Below are positions 13,844 through 26,350 of a DNA stretch of 64,000 nt, piece after piece; position 1 is the stretch's first letter, and every line of letters begins with the position of its first letter. The DNA is taken from the NCBI GenBank assembly GCA_040357565.1, contig JBDODJ010000052.1. One strand, written 5' to 3'. Source of the DNA: Cercozoa sp. M6MM. Lineage: Eukaryota; Protista; Endomyxa: Ascetosporea. The position numbers were made by a program, and so were the translations under genes. The notes below the pieces were generated by a model. It saw nothing but the letters and a program-made list of their open reading frames with translations, was not told the origin of the DNA and did not search any database.

Positions 13844-15196
13844 CAGTACCTGTCGACGCAGCTTCTGTCGGTAGCGCGACATTGAGATGCGCGGCTGAAT
13901 CGACGCACTGCGCGACTGCCGCGTGGCGCTGCCGCTGCCGCTGCTGCCGCCCGTGAGGTTCGTCGGCGGCACATCGACCGTGCTGGGTCGAGGCACAGCA
14001 GGCGATGCCTCATCGACGTCGCGCCACTCGCTCGTTCGCGGCGACGGTGTTCGCGCACGTGTAAACCACGTCGACACGGCCCGGAAGACGTTGCCCACGC
14101 TCTAAATGAGACATACGATGTATCTAACAATGCGATCGGTTGGTAGCCACACTCACAGGTACCTGAGCACGGTGCCGACGAATCACAGGCACAGAGGAAT
14201 CGCGATCCACGAGCGATGCGATGTCGACACTGCCGTTGGCGCTGTCGCTGGCAGGTGCCTCCTCCTCGTCGCGGTCGATCGGTCCCGAGCTGCTGTTGGT
14301 CGTGCTGAGCGAATGATCCAGCGCCGCGTCGCTCACGGTGTCGTTCGTTGCGCCGATCGGTGTCAGTGTGGCCACCTGCAGGACGGGGGGGGGGGGGTAC
14401 AGGAACACACAGACACAGACACAAACAGAGCCACCTGAGCAATCGAACGCTGCGACTGGAACCTCGGCGCTCCGTCGGTGCGCACGCTGTCGTTGGTGAG
14501 AGTGCCGGCCAGCGTGTGTCCGCTCAGCTGCAGCGGTGTCACCTCGTCCTTGCTCTGATTGAGACAAGGGATATATACAATATACAGGCTTCTTTTTTGA
14601 CGATGAGGTGGGAGGGTATGCTACCGGAGAGGCACAGAAATTCGACGACTCGGGACGGAAGTAATCTTGGGTCAGTTGCAGCTGCTTACAGCAACAAACG
14701 TTGAGACCACGTGCGACATTAGGGGGGAGGGGGTGGGAAATACACACACGCACGTGTACCAACTGCTGCGTGATACACACGGTGTGATCGCCTCCGCATT
14801 CGACCGACAGCACGTCCATGCACTGATCACACATGCGTCACACATAGTGCAGTGTACACATACAAGTGAGTGCATGCGAACCTCCAATGCCTGCACTCGC
14901 TCGGGCCGACTGACGGTGCGCGAGGTTCCGTGACCGAGTTGACCGTGTTGGTTGTCACCCCAGGTGTACAGTGCACCGTCCGCACTGAGCACAGGAGACA
15001 TGGACACCAGAGCATGGACACGAGTCGCTATAGCAGAGGAAGGTAATACCATCGTGCGGCCGAATGGAAGGCACCGGCAGCCACTCCGACAAAGTGGGTG
15101 TCCTGCACAGGCACACCACGCGGCGACGCCAATGCAGGCCCAATGCCGAGACCTGCAGAGCATCCACTCCCTTGCTTTCATACAGACACACACACA

Positions 15197-15248
<52 letters not shown>

Positions 15249-17096
15249 GGCAAGAAACAAGGAAAGCAAACCTAGCTGTCCAAAGTCGTTGCCACCGCAC
15301 GCGTACAGCTGTCCTGAAGCCGAGACACACAGCGTGTGATGGTATCCGCACGCCACATCGATGATCACCGGAGACGTCGTGCCTTCGAACTTTATCTGCA
15401 CACATTGTAGCACATTACACCTCCAAAGACTCATCCCATCGGACAGACTGAGTTCCTCTCTACCTGACTTGGAAGGGACTGGTCGCGTGTCGACAACTGA
15501 CCGTCGCCAAGCCGGCCACCCAGCGAACAGCCCCACCTGTGCACATGTGCAATTGATACAAAACCTGCACTCACTGCAGAAATAAAGAGGCACGTGAGAA
15601 GAGCGCCATCGTCGGTGACGGCAGCAGCGTGCGACCAGCCGCAGCTGCACCGACACAAGGCGACATACTCACAAACAACACAGACAGTGAAGAACAAGCA
15701 CTACGCTATGCGTGTAACGATGCGCCGACGCAAGGCACCAATCGGACGCGGCATCGAGACGCGGTGAACCTCTTTGCCTTGTCCCAAACGTCCGTGCGCA
15801 TTGTCTCCTGCCGCAACACATCTCAACACTCAACAACTCGCATGGCATAGATTAACGCACCCCACGAGAACACAGAGCCGCACTCGGCCAGCGCAACGCC
15901 GAAATCCGAACCTATATCGAGGATGCACATTGATTGTTACAGCCTTTCCACTCTTATGCACAAGGAAAGACACCCCAGGCATGCACAAGGAAAGACACCC
16001 CAGGCATGCACAAGGAAAGAACAGGGTACCAACAGCAACAGCACGGAAACGAACGTCGGCAGGATTGACGTGCTGCACGGTCTCGTCCGTGTTGATGGAG
16101 GTCTCCACGAGCGGCATCTCGCCGATCGCCTCGCTGATTGGCGACTCGGTCGTGTGCGTGCTCAGGTCAAAGTCGGCGCTCCCGTTGTTGGCAGTGTTGC
16201 GCCCGCTGTGCCTGCTCTGTGGACAAACACTGCCGGTGCTGACTCCTGTGTCGTTGCCCAGACTGTCGACGTCGGACACCTCACTCTCCGAGTCGTATCT
16301 GTGCAGAGCACATAGATAGGTTATTCACTACGTGGCAAGGGAACAAGGGAACAAACCCAAGGTGCATTCTCTCCGGCTCGATTCCGAGGTCTTCGTCGAG
16401 CTCGTCCAAGAGGTCATCGTCCATCGCATGCAAGTCCCAGCGCCATCTGCCAATACATAAACAAACATAAATACATATACATGCACAAGTACATACTCAA
16501 AGTCCCCCCTACGCTAGGCACACAGGAACAACACAATTCTCAACTCACAATCCGCCGGCTTCATCAACGACGACCGTTTGCTTGCGTCCACATGCCACCT
16601 ATTGAGCAGGCAAGGGGGTGTGGTTGTACAGACAACAACAACAATGGACACGACAGTAGATACCGCAGTGAGCGGTCCAATTTCGCCATGCGGAGCCAAG
16701 CGAAAGCGTTTCCTGCACACACACAATGCAAAGGCACAACGTCAAGGCACCATACCAGAGAAAGAGAAGAAAGATAGAAAAAGAGAGAGAGAGAGAGCGC
16801 GCGCGCGCAACAGAGGTACCTCAGAGGAGGCTGCAGTGGCACCGAACCTGGCGCAGGTGCATGCGACCCAAACCGCAGCGCCGCCGCACTCTGCTGCAGC
16901 AATGCGTCAATCTCTTCGTTCGTTAGTGGCTCCTCGGCACTCTCGTTCTCCTCGCGGCTGCTGCAGAAATACACGCTCCTTTCAACCCACTTTGGTGGCG
17001 GAGTGCGAGTGCATACCTGTCGAAGAACGAGGCCGGAGCAGCCGACGAAAGCAAGCCCTGACGAAGATTAACACACATTTTCAATTGTGTTAAAAC

Positions 17097-17146
<50 letters not shown>

Positions 17147-17156
17147 NNNNNNNNNN

Positions 17157-17241
<85 letters not shown>

Positions 17242-17998
17242 CTGTTCATATAGAGAAAGCGTACCGCTTGCAGTAAACGTCGCAAAACAGCGTCAGCGGA
17301 AATTCTTTCGCGAGCGAAACCGCGTCGCAACAGCCAACTGATACAAGAAAACAACTCTCACCAGAGTCGTGAAAGATGTTCGGATAAGCACTACCGTCTG
17401 GCATCGGTCAAGAAGAAACACTGCTTCACTTGTCGCAGTCGAACGCGACGGTCCTTGACATCGATGCCGCCTACGTTGCGCGGACGACTCATTTCGCTTA
17501 CGATGCGTCGCAACTCGTGCGGCGTCAACGCTTCGGCATCCTGACACAACGGCAATCGTAGGTCAACAACTCAACAAAAAACAAGCAAACGAAAGAGCAC
17601 AGCGACGGAAGACACAGCGGTGGCAGATGCCACAACCGACGATCTCGCCAGTGTTCTTGAACGAGGCACTGAAGCAACAGGAGAGTGCAGTATCGAAAAG
17701 TAATCACAGCAAAAAGGTGCAACGCACGTGCACGGAAGCCTTGTCCCCACACATACAGGTCACCGGATCGAGTCACCGTTCCGACCTGTCTGTGTCCAAC
17801 GCTCAACGAACGCACCGAAGAGGAAGGTAAGGACTCGACCAAACGCGGCGTGTACTGCACAGCATCGCACTATTGTTGCATCGTGATAGATAGTATGTCG
17901 GTCGGAGAAGCAATGCATCCGCGCGGAAGTAACGATACCGAAATATCAGGATCAGCGTCTTGCGACAGTCTACCCCAAGCCCACACCAGGATTGACAT
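11874..17998 (-). CDS. RCC1-repeat + TBC (Rab-GAP) domain protein; TBC domain is TBC1D12/14-like
   Basis: RCC1 repeats: GDLYVWGQ; VACGYHHTLCVSASGQLYACGGNDFGQLG; GALYTWGDNQHGQLGHG; VECGGDHTVC. TBC: GVPPQFRGKLW, IETDLERTFP (Arg finger), YRPDVGYAQGMSY (Gln finger), EWFMTLF, RVWDCF. Stop at 11874; start codon approximate. Confidence 0.8.
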
Positions 17999-18294
17999 CG
18001 GCGCTGCAGAGAACAATGCTGTATCATCTGAAATGAGCGATCAAAGAGCATCAGGTGGTACATTTGATGTCGAAGCTTTAACACCAGGCACGCTGCTGGC
18101 GTAGCCAGTGCAATTTCGCACTCCAAACACTCCCCCACGTCGGTCTACAATCGAAACAGCGACTGTCTGGTCGACAGTCAAGCGGCCAAAAGGAGCGCCG
18201 GAGATCTGATATAGCTTTTATGTTTGTGCGTCGCAGCATCTAAGGCCGTATAGTGGTCATAATGCACTAAGTTGGAGTGCCATTTGTTTCTGAA

Positions 18295-21200
18295 ATGGAG
18301 CGGGCGGAAAGACTGCTCCAACTTGGGTGAGTTTTTCGTGGTCTACGCAGATGAGGAGGAATGTTGCTTTGTTTGCAGAGTGTCAGAGAGACAGGTGTCG
18401 CGACGAGTACTGCGTGGTTCGTTTTTTTAATTTCAAAGTACTTTACGTGCTTCATTCTCAGACACGTAGGATGCCTGAAACGCGACCACCTGGCCTTGTT
18501 CAAGCAGTTAGAGGAGGCATGCCAAGAACCATCGCTTGCAGCCGAGTTGCCTCTGCTGGTGGCGGCGCTGCTTCCACATCTATTGGAGGGAGACAAAACG
18601 AGAAGGCATCTTGTGTTGCGAGCCATTCTTTTACTTCCGCCCAGTTCCATCAAAGATCGGGTATTTAGAACACTTGTTTTCCGTGTGTGCTTTCATCTGT
18701 TTGGTTGTAGATACTTAAGCACATGGCCACACTACTGAAACCGCGTCAAACTGGCCAAAACCGTCGCTGGACTTCACCGCTTCATGTGCTGTGCGCACGC
18801 GCTTACGCAGGCGCGTCTGTGCCCAATATGCACCGACAGTAAGCTTTATCATATCAGGATTCCTGTGCGCGTATACCTGTGCACACGTGTAGTGTGTTGA
18901 TGACGTGTGTGTCATTGGACGACCTGCACGCGCAGCTGCGAGAACGACACACCGAACTGAATGAATTTCGTTCGCGTATTCGCAATGTTGCCGACTGGGA
19001 CGCCTTGTGGAAGGAGTATCGTTTCGCCCAGCTTCCAAATGCGTGGCGGATTTTGATTGATGCTTTGTGCAGGCACGGGGATAACGGAACCCTGTCGTTG
19101 TCGTGTAAGATGGCCAATCTCGACGATGAATCGGCCAAGAAACTGCATGCCATCTCAAACATTGTACTCTCTGCAAATGTATGCTCGGCTGTCCAGTGTA
19201 AACCACACTGTGCTTTCGACAGGCGAGAAGAATACGCGCCAAGACGAATTCTCTCATTAGGTTTCGCGAGGAGGATGCGTACACTTTCTGCAAAGACGCG
19301 GTGTGTGTGTGTGAATGAGTGTACCATATGTACGCGTACGTAGCACAAGACACGTGGTGCTGTCGTCCGAGTACCGCAATGCGGTGGCGCTGTGTCTTCG
19401 ACCGCACTTGGGACAGCAGGCACTGCACTCCTTCTTTGCAACGCACCTTCTGCAGTTGCCGCAGTACGCACAACTTGAGACCGAGTACATGCAGCGCGCT
19501 GCTGTTTTGGGTAGTCACACACCTCAAGTCATATCTACTATCACTGCTTGCTGTTGTTTAGCAAAGTCAACGCAGAAACGACGACGACTTTCGCGTCTGT
19601 GTGCACTGTGTACCAACAGTCAGTCGAACCGCTACCGCTCAACAGTGCCTTCAACACACCCTGTGTTGTTCAATGCCTTGTACCATCTTACTTGAAGCCC
19701 GTTGCAGTGTTGAGTATCAAGGTATGTTTGCCCGGTGTGGTAGGCGAAGTGCGGGTGTTGAGGTATCTCACCTCGTCGTGTGCAACCGATGCGATCTGGC
19801 ACTGCGACGTCGCAAGTCAGTCGGCGTGACACCTGATCTACTGGAGCGTGTCGTCAGTCAGCATGGCGGTAGCTACCTTGAATTCTGCGCACCATCGTCG
19901 ACTTTCTTGGTATTCAGTCGCACTTCAGTGCCCTTTCAGTCCTGTGATTGGCCTCATTTTAGCAGGCGGAAAGGCAGCGAGCTCGATTGGCGGTATTGTA
20001 CCTGCTGGAGTTTCGACTTGGAGTGTCTCAGCCAACGCTGGTGGAATGCGAGTACGATACAGTCGACCAGCTCACGTGCTTGCGTGCTGCCAGATACCTG
20101 TGTCGGTTTCTTCTGCGGGCCAATCAAGTAGGCGCACTTTACTACTCCCTGCATCTGTTTCAACGTATGCAAACAATTGTAGTCGTGCCCACTGGCACTT
20201 ATGCTCTGCTTGCGTCTGTTCGAAGTCGAATCTGACGCCCCGGAACACGCAGAGTGCGCCGGCAGACTGTTTGCACACCTCGCTGTGCAGTTCTTGTACA
20301 GGTAGTTCTGTACCTCTTATTCTTTCCTCCCTTATCTCCTTGAACTTCCTTGAGTATTTTTGAACAACCATAGTGCACAAACGCGCGCACTGCCGACCGT
20401 GGTGGCTTTCTTCGTGTCGCAAGTGCGCTCGCGGAACTTGATATCGCAGATCGTACGGACACGACTCGAGTGCGTTTGCTCTTTTGTTTGAGCGATTGCT
20501 CCCTGGATGTGTGTATAAATGTGCAGACAAGTGCTTCAAGCCATTGAGGCAGAAAGCACGATCGAATGTGAAAGTGAGAACCAGAGAATTCTCGACTTTT
20601 GCTCCTCTCTCAGCGGGTACACTCTGCATAAGGGTAATGAGTACAGGTGACTGATATACGCTGTGTGTGTAGTGTCGTCGATCAAGTTGACCAAGACGCA
20701 CTGTTTGAGTCGGTTTCGGCGCTGTCTCTTTGCATCACTGCAAGGGTACCTCACTCTGTTAGGAGAAGCATCATAAAAGGATGCTATCATTTTGCGCTTG
20801 AATAGATTAAACGAAGCCGCACAGTACATGAGAAGGAAGTGCCGTACTCTTCGCATCAAGTGGCGCTATCGCACGCCGATAGAGTCGAAATCTTGCGCAC
20901 TACGCTGCGACAGCAGCTGCAAGATGCCAAACAGGATCGACACGCCATGTCGAGTCTCCTGCGGTCCTTCTTCTTGCGGTAGTGCTTTCTTATCGTACTT
21001 TATGTTCCGACTCTCGGACTATGGTTTGCCCACAGAACCCTGGTTCTAGCCGTGGTGACGGGCAACACGATGGAGCTCACACTGGTTTGCCAGGAGGTGC
21101 GCTTATTTGCGCCAGCTGCCGTTGCTGCCTTTCAGACAGGCGTGCAACAGATGTTGCTGCCAGACATGGTGAGTTTAGTCTATCAGGGAAGTTTACTTTT

Positions 21201-21694
21201 CGTACGAGGCCTTTGTTTGTGCAGACCATGCGACGATGGCAACGCGAGGCTGGCATGCCGCTGTGCGCGCAACGTGTGCAACAAAAGCAGCACGAGGATC
21301 CGTTCGGTTTCGAACATTGGTCAGTGCTCTGGCAGCCACCTTCGATGCAGAGTCTGAAGCAAGGCAGTCTGAACGATCTCTCGGTATCGATTTTAGTCGA
21401 ACCTTGTGTCTTCTGTGTGTCCGATGCTCCCTGGACGACCACCTGCAGGATGAGGAACCTCCGATGGAGGAAGGATCCGACGATGAAAACGACGAGAGCG
21501 ACCAGTCGGACTTTGACGGCTTTGGTGACTTTGCCGACGACGGTCTCTTGTCCCTGTCGTCTATGAACACAAACAACAGCGCGGGTGCCAGTGTGTCTTC
21601 TGAGGAGTCCAAGAGCAGCGAGGATACGCCCGTGAGCACTGACAGCGCCGACGCTGCTTTGATGGGTACCCAGTTCGACAACTTGTTTCAATAA
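18295..21694 (+). CDS. Hypothetical multi-exon protein with acidic C-terminal tail
   Basis: Chain of + strand exon-like ORFs bounded by GT/AG, ending DEEPPMEEGSDDENDESDQSDFDG...FDNLFQ*. No family recognised; could be two genes. Confidence 0.5.
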
Positions 21695-21933
21695 ATCGTC
21701 GACAATTAAGTAAGCCGGCTCGATGGAGTCACGCATTGAGAATTCCCACACTTAATCGAAAGAACGGCTATGCTACTTGCAGTTGCGTTGTTGGTTCTTC
21801 GCGTCGGCGTGTCAAGCTATAAATACGCTTTTGTTTTTCGTTCAATCGACTCCTACTAAGACGCGACGCCACCCGCCGCGCGCCGAATCGAAGATAGGTT
21901 CGTCAAAGTGACAGTGACTTTGCGTCGCGTGGT

Positions 21934-22187
21934 CTACTCCTCAGCCGTGACGACGCGGCGCAGCTTAGCGTAGATGTGCAACATGAGTACACATGTGATG
22001 AAGCCGACCGAAAGCATCATCACGTGCGTCGGCGGGCTGGAAAACAAAAACAAAAAAAAAACATGAAACCGGAAAAAGCGAAAAATGTGACCAGATAAAT
22101 TGATGATCGGGAGTACAGCTTGATGCCAGGCGTGTCCTCCTCAGGGGCTTGCTGAGCGCGCGCCGCTTGCGGCTTTCGCCTTGCCAT
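21934..22187 (-). CDS. SEC61B: Protein transport protein Sec61 subunit beta (true start may be the upstream ATG at 22296)
   Basis: Splicing one intron gives MARRKPQAARAQQAPEEDTPGIKLPPTHVMMLSVGFITCVLMLHIYAKLRRVVTAEE*, which matches the Sec61beta signature (EDSPGLKV.P..V..MS..FI..V..LHI.GK). Confidence 0.9.
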
Positions 22188-22452
22188 GCCACGAGCCTGC
22201 AAACACAGCCAAAAACTTGCCACATGCCCAAAAATAAATTCACGCCCATACGCACTAATGCAAGCCACGTGGCCCCGACTCGGTGCGTTTTACCATTGCT
22301 GTGTGTCTTCCCGATACTGTTCAGCCACAGTTCAGCGCACAGGACTTCCTCTCCTGCTCTCTTGTCGGAGCTCCGATTAAGGCGCTAAATATAAAGAACA
22401 GCGGAATTGGGCCCGCCACAAGCACCGCTGAGCGCCTGCCAATGACCGATCG

Positions 22453-24493
22453 ATGGAAGTGCTAAAGGAGTCGTTCTGGCCAAATTCGCAGCCTGAATTT
22501 TGCGCGTAAAACCAATTAAAATTGATTCAATCCCCAAAGGCTCGGCAAACCTTGTTGCAGAGTGAAGCGAGACTACTCGCAGTACGAAGGCACTGCAGTT
22601 AGCAGTGATGAGCTGGATCGGTTGTGTTGCCCGGAGGAACTTGTTCCGAGTGTCCTCGAACTGCTTGCCGATGCTGAGACGAGGGTGCAGCAGATCGATC
22701 GCGTCCCGTATTGCCCACTTTAACCTCGTTTCTCCTTCACTGTGGCCTCTTTACCCCCATTCGGTTTAAACTCCTCTTTGTGATTAAAGAGCAAGTAAGA
22801 TGACAGTCGACCGCTTCAATGACGAGTTCGACCGAAGGAATGTGCCAGTTCTATTGGAGAATGCAACCGCCGGTTGGAAATGCATGCAGTGCTGGACGAC
22901 TGATTCTCAGTCAGGTGGCAGGAAGGTGAACGTTCAGTACCTCAGTCGAGAGTACGGAACTGCCAAAGCCACGCTCAGCAATTGCAGTTTTCAAGAGTGG
23001 GAAACGACTTCTGTCCAGGAAGGTAGTGTTTTCGTGCATCTGAGGCAGTTGCTGCTTGGAGAAGCAAAGGTGTGACATGGCCCACAGGAGTGACTGTCGC
23101 GAAGTTTTTGCAAAGTCTTGATGCGACCGAAGTCGAAGCGGATGTCTCGCGCCACTTTTCTGTATTTACGCTATTGTTCGAGCGACTGTTTTACATCTAT
23201 TGACTGTATTTGTACAGGTACAAGAAGCGGTGCAAGAGGTTTATGGCGCCTTTCAGCAGCACAGATCACGAGCGTACTACCTGCGCGACCTCACCTTGTT
23301 CCGCCAGTGCAAATCTGCGATGCGAGAGTTCGACTTGCCTGCCGTCTTTGCTGACGACTGGTTCAACGTTCGTTCGTGTATTTTTTACCCGTTTCTTTTT
23401 GATTATCTTTCTTTTTGTTTAGGCACATTGCGATCGAGAAATGCTTGCTGAGGACTACAGATTTGTATATTTGGGTGCCAAGGACAGCTACACGCCGATG
23501 CATCATGTACGTTGCTCTAATAATACCAGTTGTATCATATCATCGCTTCCTGTATACTTACAGGACGTGATGAGATCGCACTCGTGGAGTTCGAATGTTT
23601 TTGGAACCAAGTTGTGGATCATGCTGCCACCATGCGACAAGCACTTACTCATGGACTCTACGAATACCCACATGATTTCTAATGTACTCTTCTGCGATAG
23701 CACTGTGTATGATTGCGTAATCCTGTATTCTTGGCCTGCAGTTGTTTCACGTCGACTGGCCGTCGGTGAACACGACAGTGCCACGTTTGCAAGGTGACAC
23801 GCAGCCGCATTTTTTGATGGCGAGGGAAGCTTTGCGTCGTGCTGTCGTGTACCCTCTGTTTTGCTTCCTTTTTGTGATCTGGAGTTGTCTTTATGTGTAT
23901 TCAAACCCTAGCTTTGTGCAACGGGCCGGCGATGCTGTTTTTGTTCCCAGTATGTTCACAATAGTGATTTGTATGTTTCTTCTGTCTGCGACTGAGTATG
24001 CTCTGTGTTTGTACGGTTCAGGTGGATGGTACCACCAGGTCCACAACGTCGGCAGCATCACTGCCTCCATCAACCACAACTGGGTCTCACGGTTTTGTGC
24101 CGATCTTGTGTTTGCGCACTGGTACGACGCGCTGCGCTTTCGGGTGTTCCCTGCCACCTACCACCGGACTGCAGGTAATTCATCCTCTGTGAATAATATC
24201 AGTTACATTGGCAGTTTACGCGGTTGACCTTGCTGTGCGCTGGTTCGACGCCGACAGAAGAAGAAGAGGTGCCGGATGAGGTGTGGCGGCAATGCGATAC
24301 GGCCCTGTGCGGCGAGGCTGGTTTTGACGCCTGGCGCATCGCTGCCCTGGTGGAGACAGGACTAAGCTCGAGCCGTGCCGCCGTGCTTGATGATGAGTTC
24401 GCGCGCAAGTTTCGGGACATGCAGCGCGTCGTGCGAGAGGCTCGCATCTTTCACTTGCCGGCACTCCATGGCCATTCCGTTCCAAGATCGTAG
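22453..24493 (+). CDS. JMJD4: JmjC-domain 2-oxoglutarate/Fe(II) oxygenase, JMJD4-like
   Basis: YYLRDL, FADDWFN, DYRFVYLGAKDSYTPMHHDVMRSHSWSSNVFGTKLW (HxD), QRAGDAVFVPSGWYHQVHN (third ligand His), SINHNW. Confidence 0.9.
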
Positions 24494-24741
24494 TCTGAAC
24501 CGAACTTGCTCAAGTTCGCGTCGCGTCGGCTCGAGCCGATGCGGGTAATTCATTAATTTAGTTGTTACGTGCGCCGAATTCTAATTCAATAATGAACTCA
24601 ATCTATCGAAACTGTCGCATCGCAGTGAACCGAACATAAACTGAACTCCGTTATCCGAGTCGTACGGTACAGTAGTTATCAAAGCGAAGTTACTACGCTA
24701 CCCGACCGTACAAAGGCAGTCAGGTACAGCAATTTGATGAA

Positions 24742-26136
24742 CTAGAATTTCCGCTTGGTACGTTCTTTAAACCGAGAGGCCAACTTGCCGTGAATCCACG
24801 GTACTACACCTGTCACAATACGCAACGGGTGGCATTAACACGATGGACATCAGACACAGGGTTTCGAAAGCCCAGTGAAAAAGCTGCTTTACCATCGTCG
24901 AGGTAGCAAGAGAATTGCGCATAGTACACTCGACCTTTTCGCAGATGGTGCTGAAAATGTCGCCTCGAACCGCCAAACACCCAAGGAACAACTTTATGTG
25001 GCTGCCACTGGAAGAAGTACAGTATTCTCGATATACTTTAACCAATTGTAAGTGCTGTACTATAAGTTTGATCGGTACCGGCAAGTTGTACCCGCTGTGT
25101 GCGTCACACAGGAGATACGTCACCGCGACATTGTGCACGATACGTGAGAGAGCGTGCACTGTAGTTTTCCTTCTTTTTCAGTCAACAATGTCAGCTATGA
25201 TCCAGGTGTGTGTGATACATTTGAACGCGTTTAACACTGCGACGTTGACGAGCACCTGTAAAGCTGCATCTGCGAAACTGTGTCGCACTGTTTCTGTTGC
25301 GTCGACAGGCGAGACCGTATGGTGTCTCAAGTGCCACTGTCGCAGATGACGCACGATTGGACGCAAAAACTGCGGCACTTCTGCTCAAGCAGAGGACCGC
25401 CAGGGTTGCACAAACACAAATTAGTTTTTATAATCAAAGATTAGACTTTACCTTTGGCACTTAGGAAATGATCGTAGTGCATCATTAGATGAATCCAAAA
25501 GAAAATGAAATCGTATGCCCAGACGGAAGATGCGACTTGCATCACCAGCATGCGCATTGACGGAGCCTCTGTCTCCATACGACGCCTCGTTCCGAAAGCG
25601 TCTGAATTCAGCAGGCTAAGACGACACCGAGCGAACTGAGGTTAATCATAGCATTGTTACCGTACAAGAGTATAGGAGCCAAATAGCCCAGTGCTGTGGC
25701 GATCCCCATTCGGAATCGATCCCATGTGAAAGGCCGAGGCGGTTCTATGAGGACGAAAGCAAGCTTGTGTAGTGTCGGTAGTTATATTAACACAACGAAC
25801 ACTGTGTGTGCATTGAGTTTTACCCTGGTGCAGGCGATATCTGCGAAAAACGCGATATCATCAAGCGTGCGGTAGAATTTTACAAAGCTGCCAAAGCAAG
25901 CAATAGCGAGCAGTGGCTCAAAGCTGTCAGTTGCCACGATGGGAATCCTCCTTATTTGGTCATACACATGTCTCACTATTGCGTCTGCCCGCTTATCGAC
26001 TATCGCGAATCCAAACAACAACAGAAGAACGCACCTGCCTGGCTTGCATCGAACAGAACTTTGCTCAAGTTGTCGCAATGTGACAAAAACAGAGCGACTC
26101 ACAAAGCAGTGTTGCAGTATCAACGCAGGGTGGCAT
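24742..26136 (-). CDS. Fatty acid hydroxylase / sterol desaturase superfamily membrane di-iron enzyme (start approximate)
   Basis: His boxes YDFIFFWIHLMMH, WHLRHH, CDAHSGYNLP and GGSRRHFQHH. Stop TAG at 24742. Confidence 0.88.
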
Positions 26137-26350
26137 GAGTTAGCTAAAGCAGTCCAACAGGTGGCGTTGCGAGCAACAACGCTCACAAGTGCTACTTGTA
26201 CTGAAAGCCCGACAACAGCTCCCAAATCTCAATTTTCAAGCATTCTCAATCTTTCTTTCTCACTTTCTCCAGAAGCGAAAGTTTAGATCTGAGAGCTGAG
26301 AGTACACGCTCTATTGTTAACTGAGTTGTGGCTTGTCTGCCGATCGAGTC

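Noticed and set aside
20072-20701. Separate minus-strand gene
   Set aside because: It overlaps + strand exons with good splice signals, starts at a non-ATG codon and has no recognisable motif.
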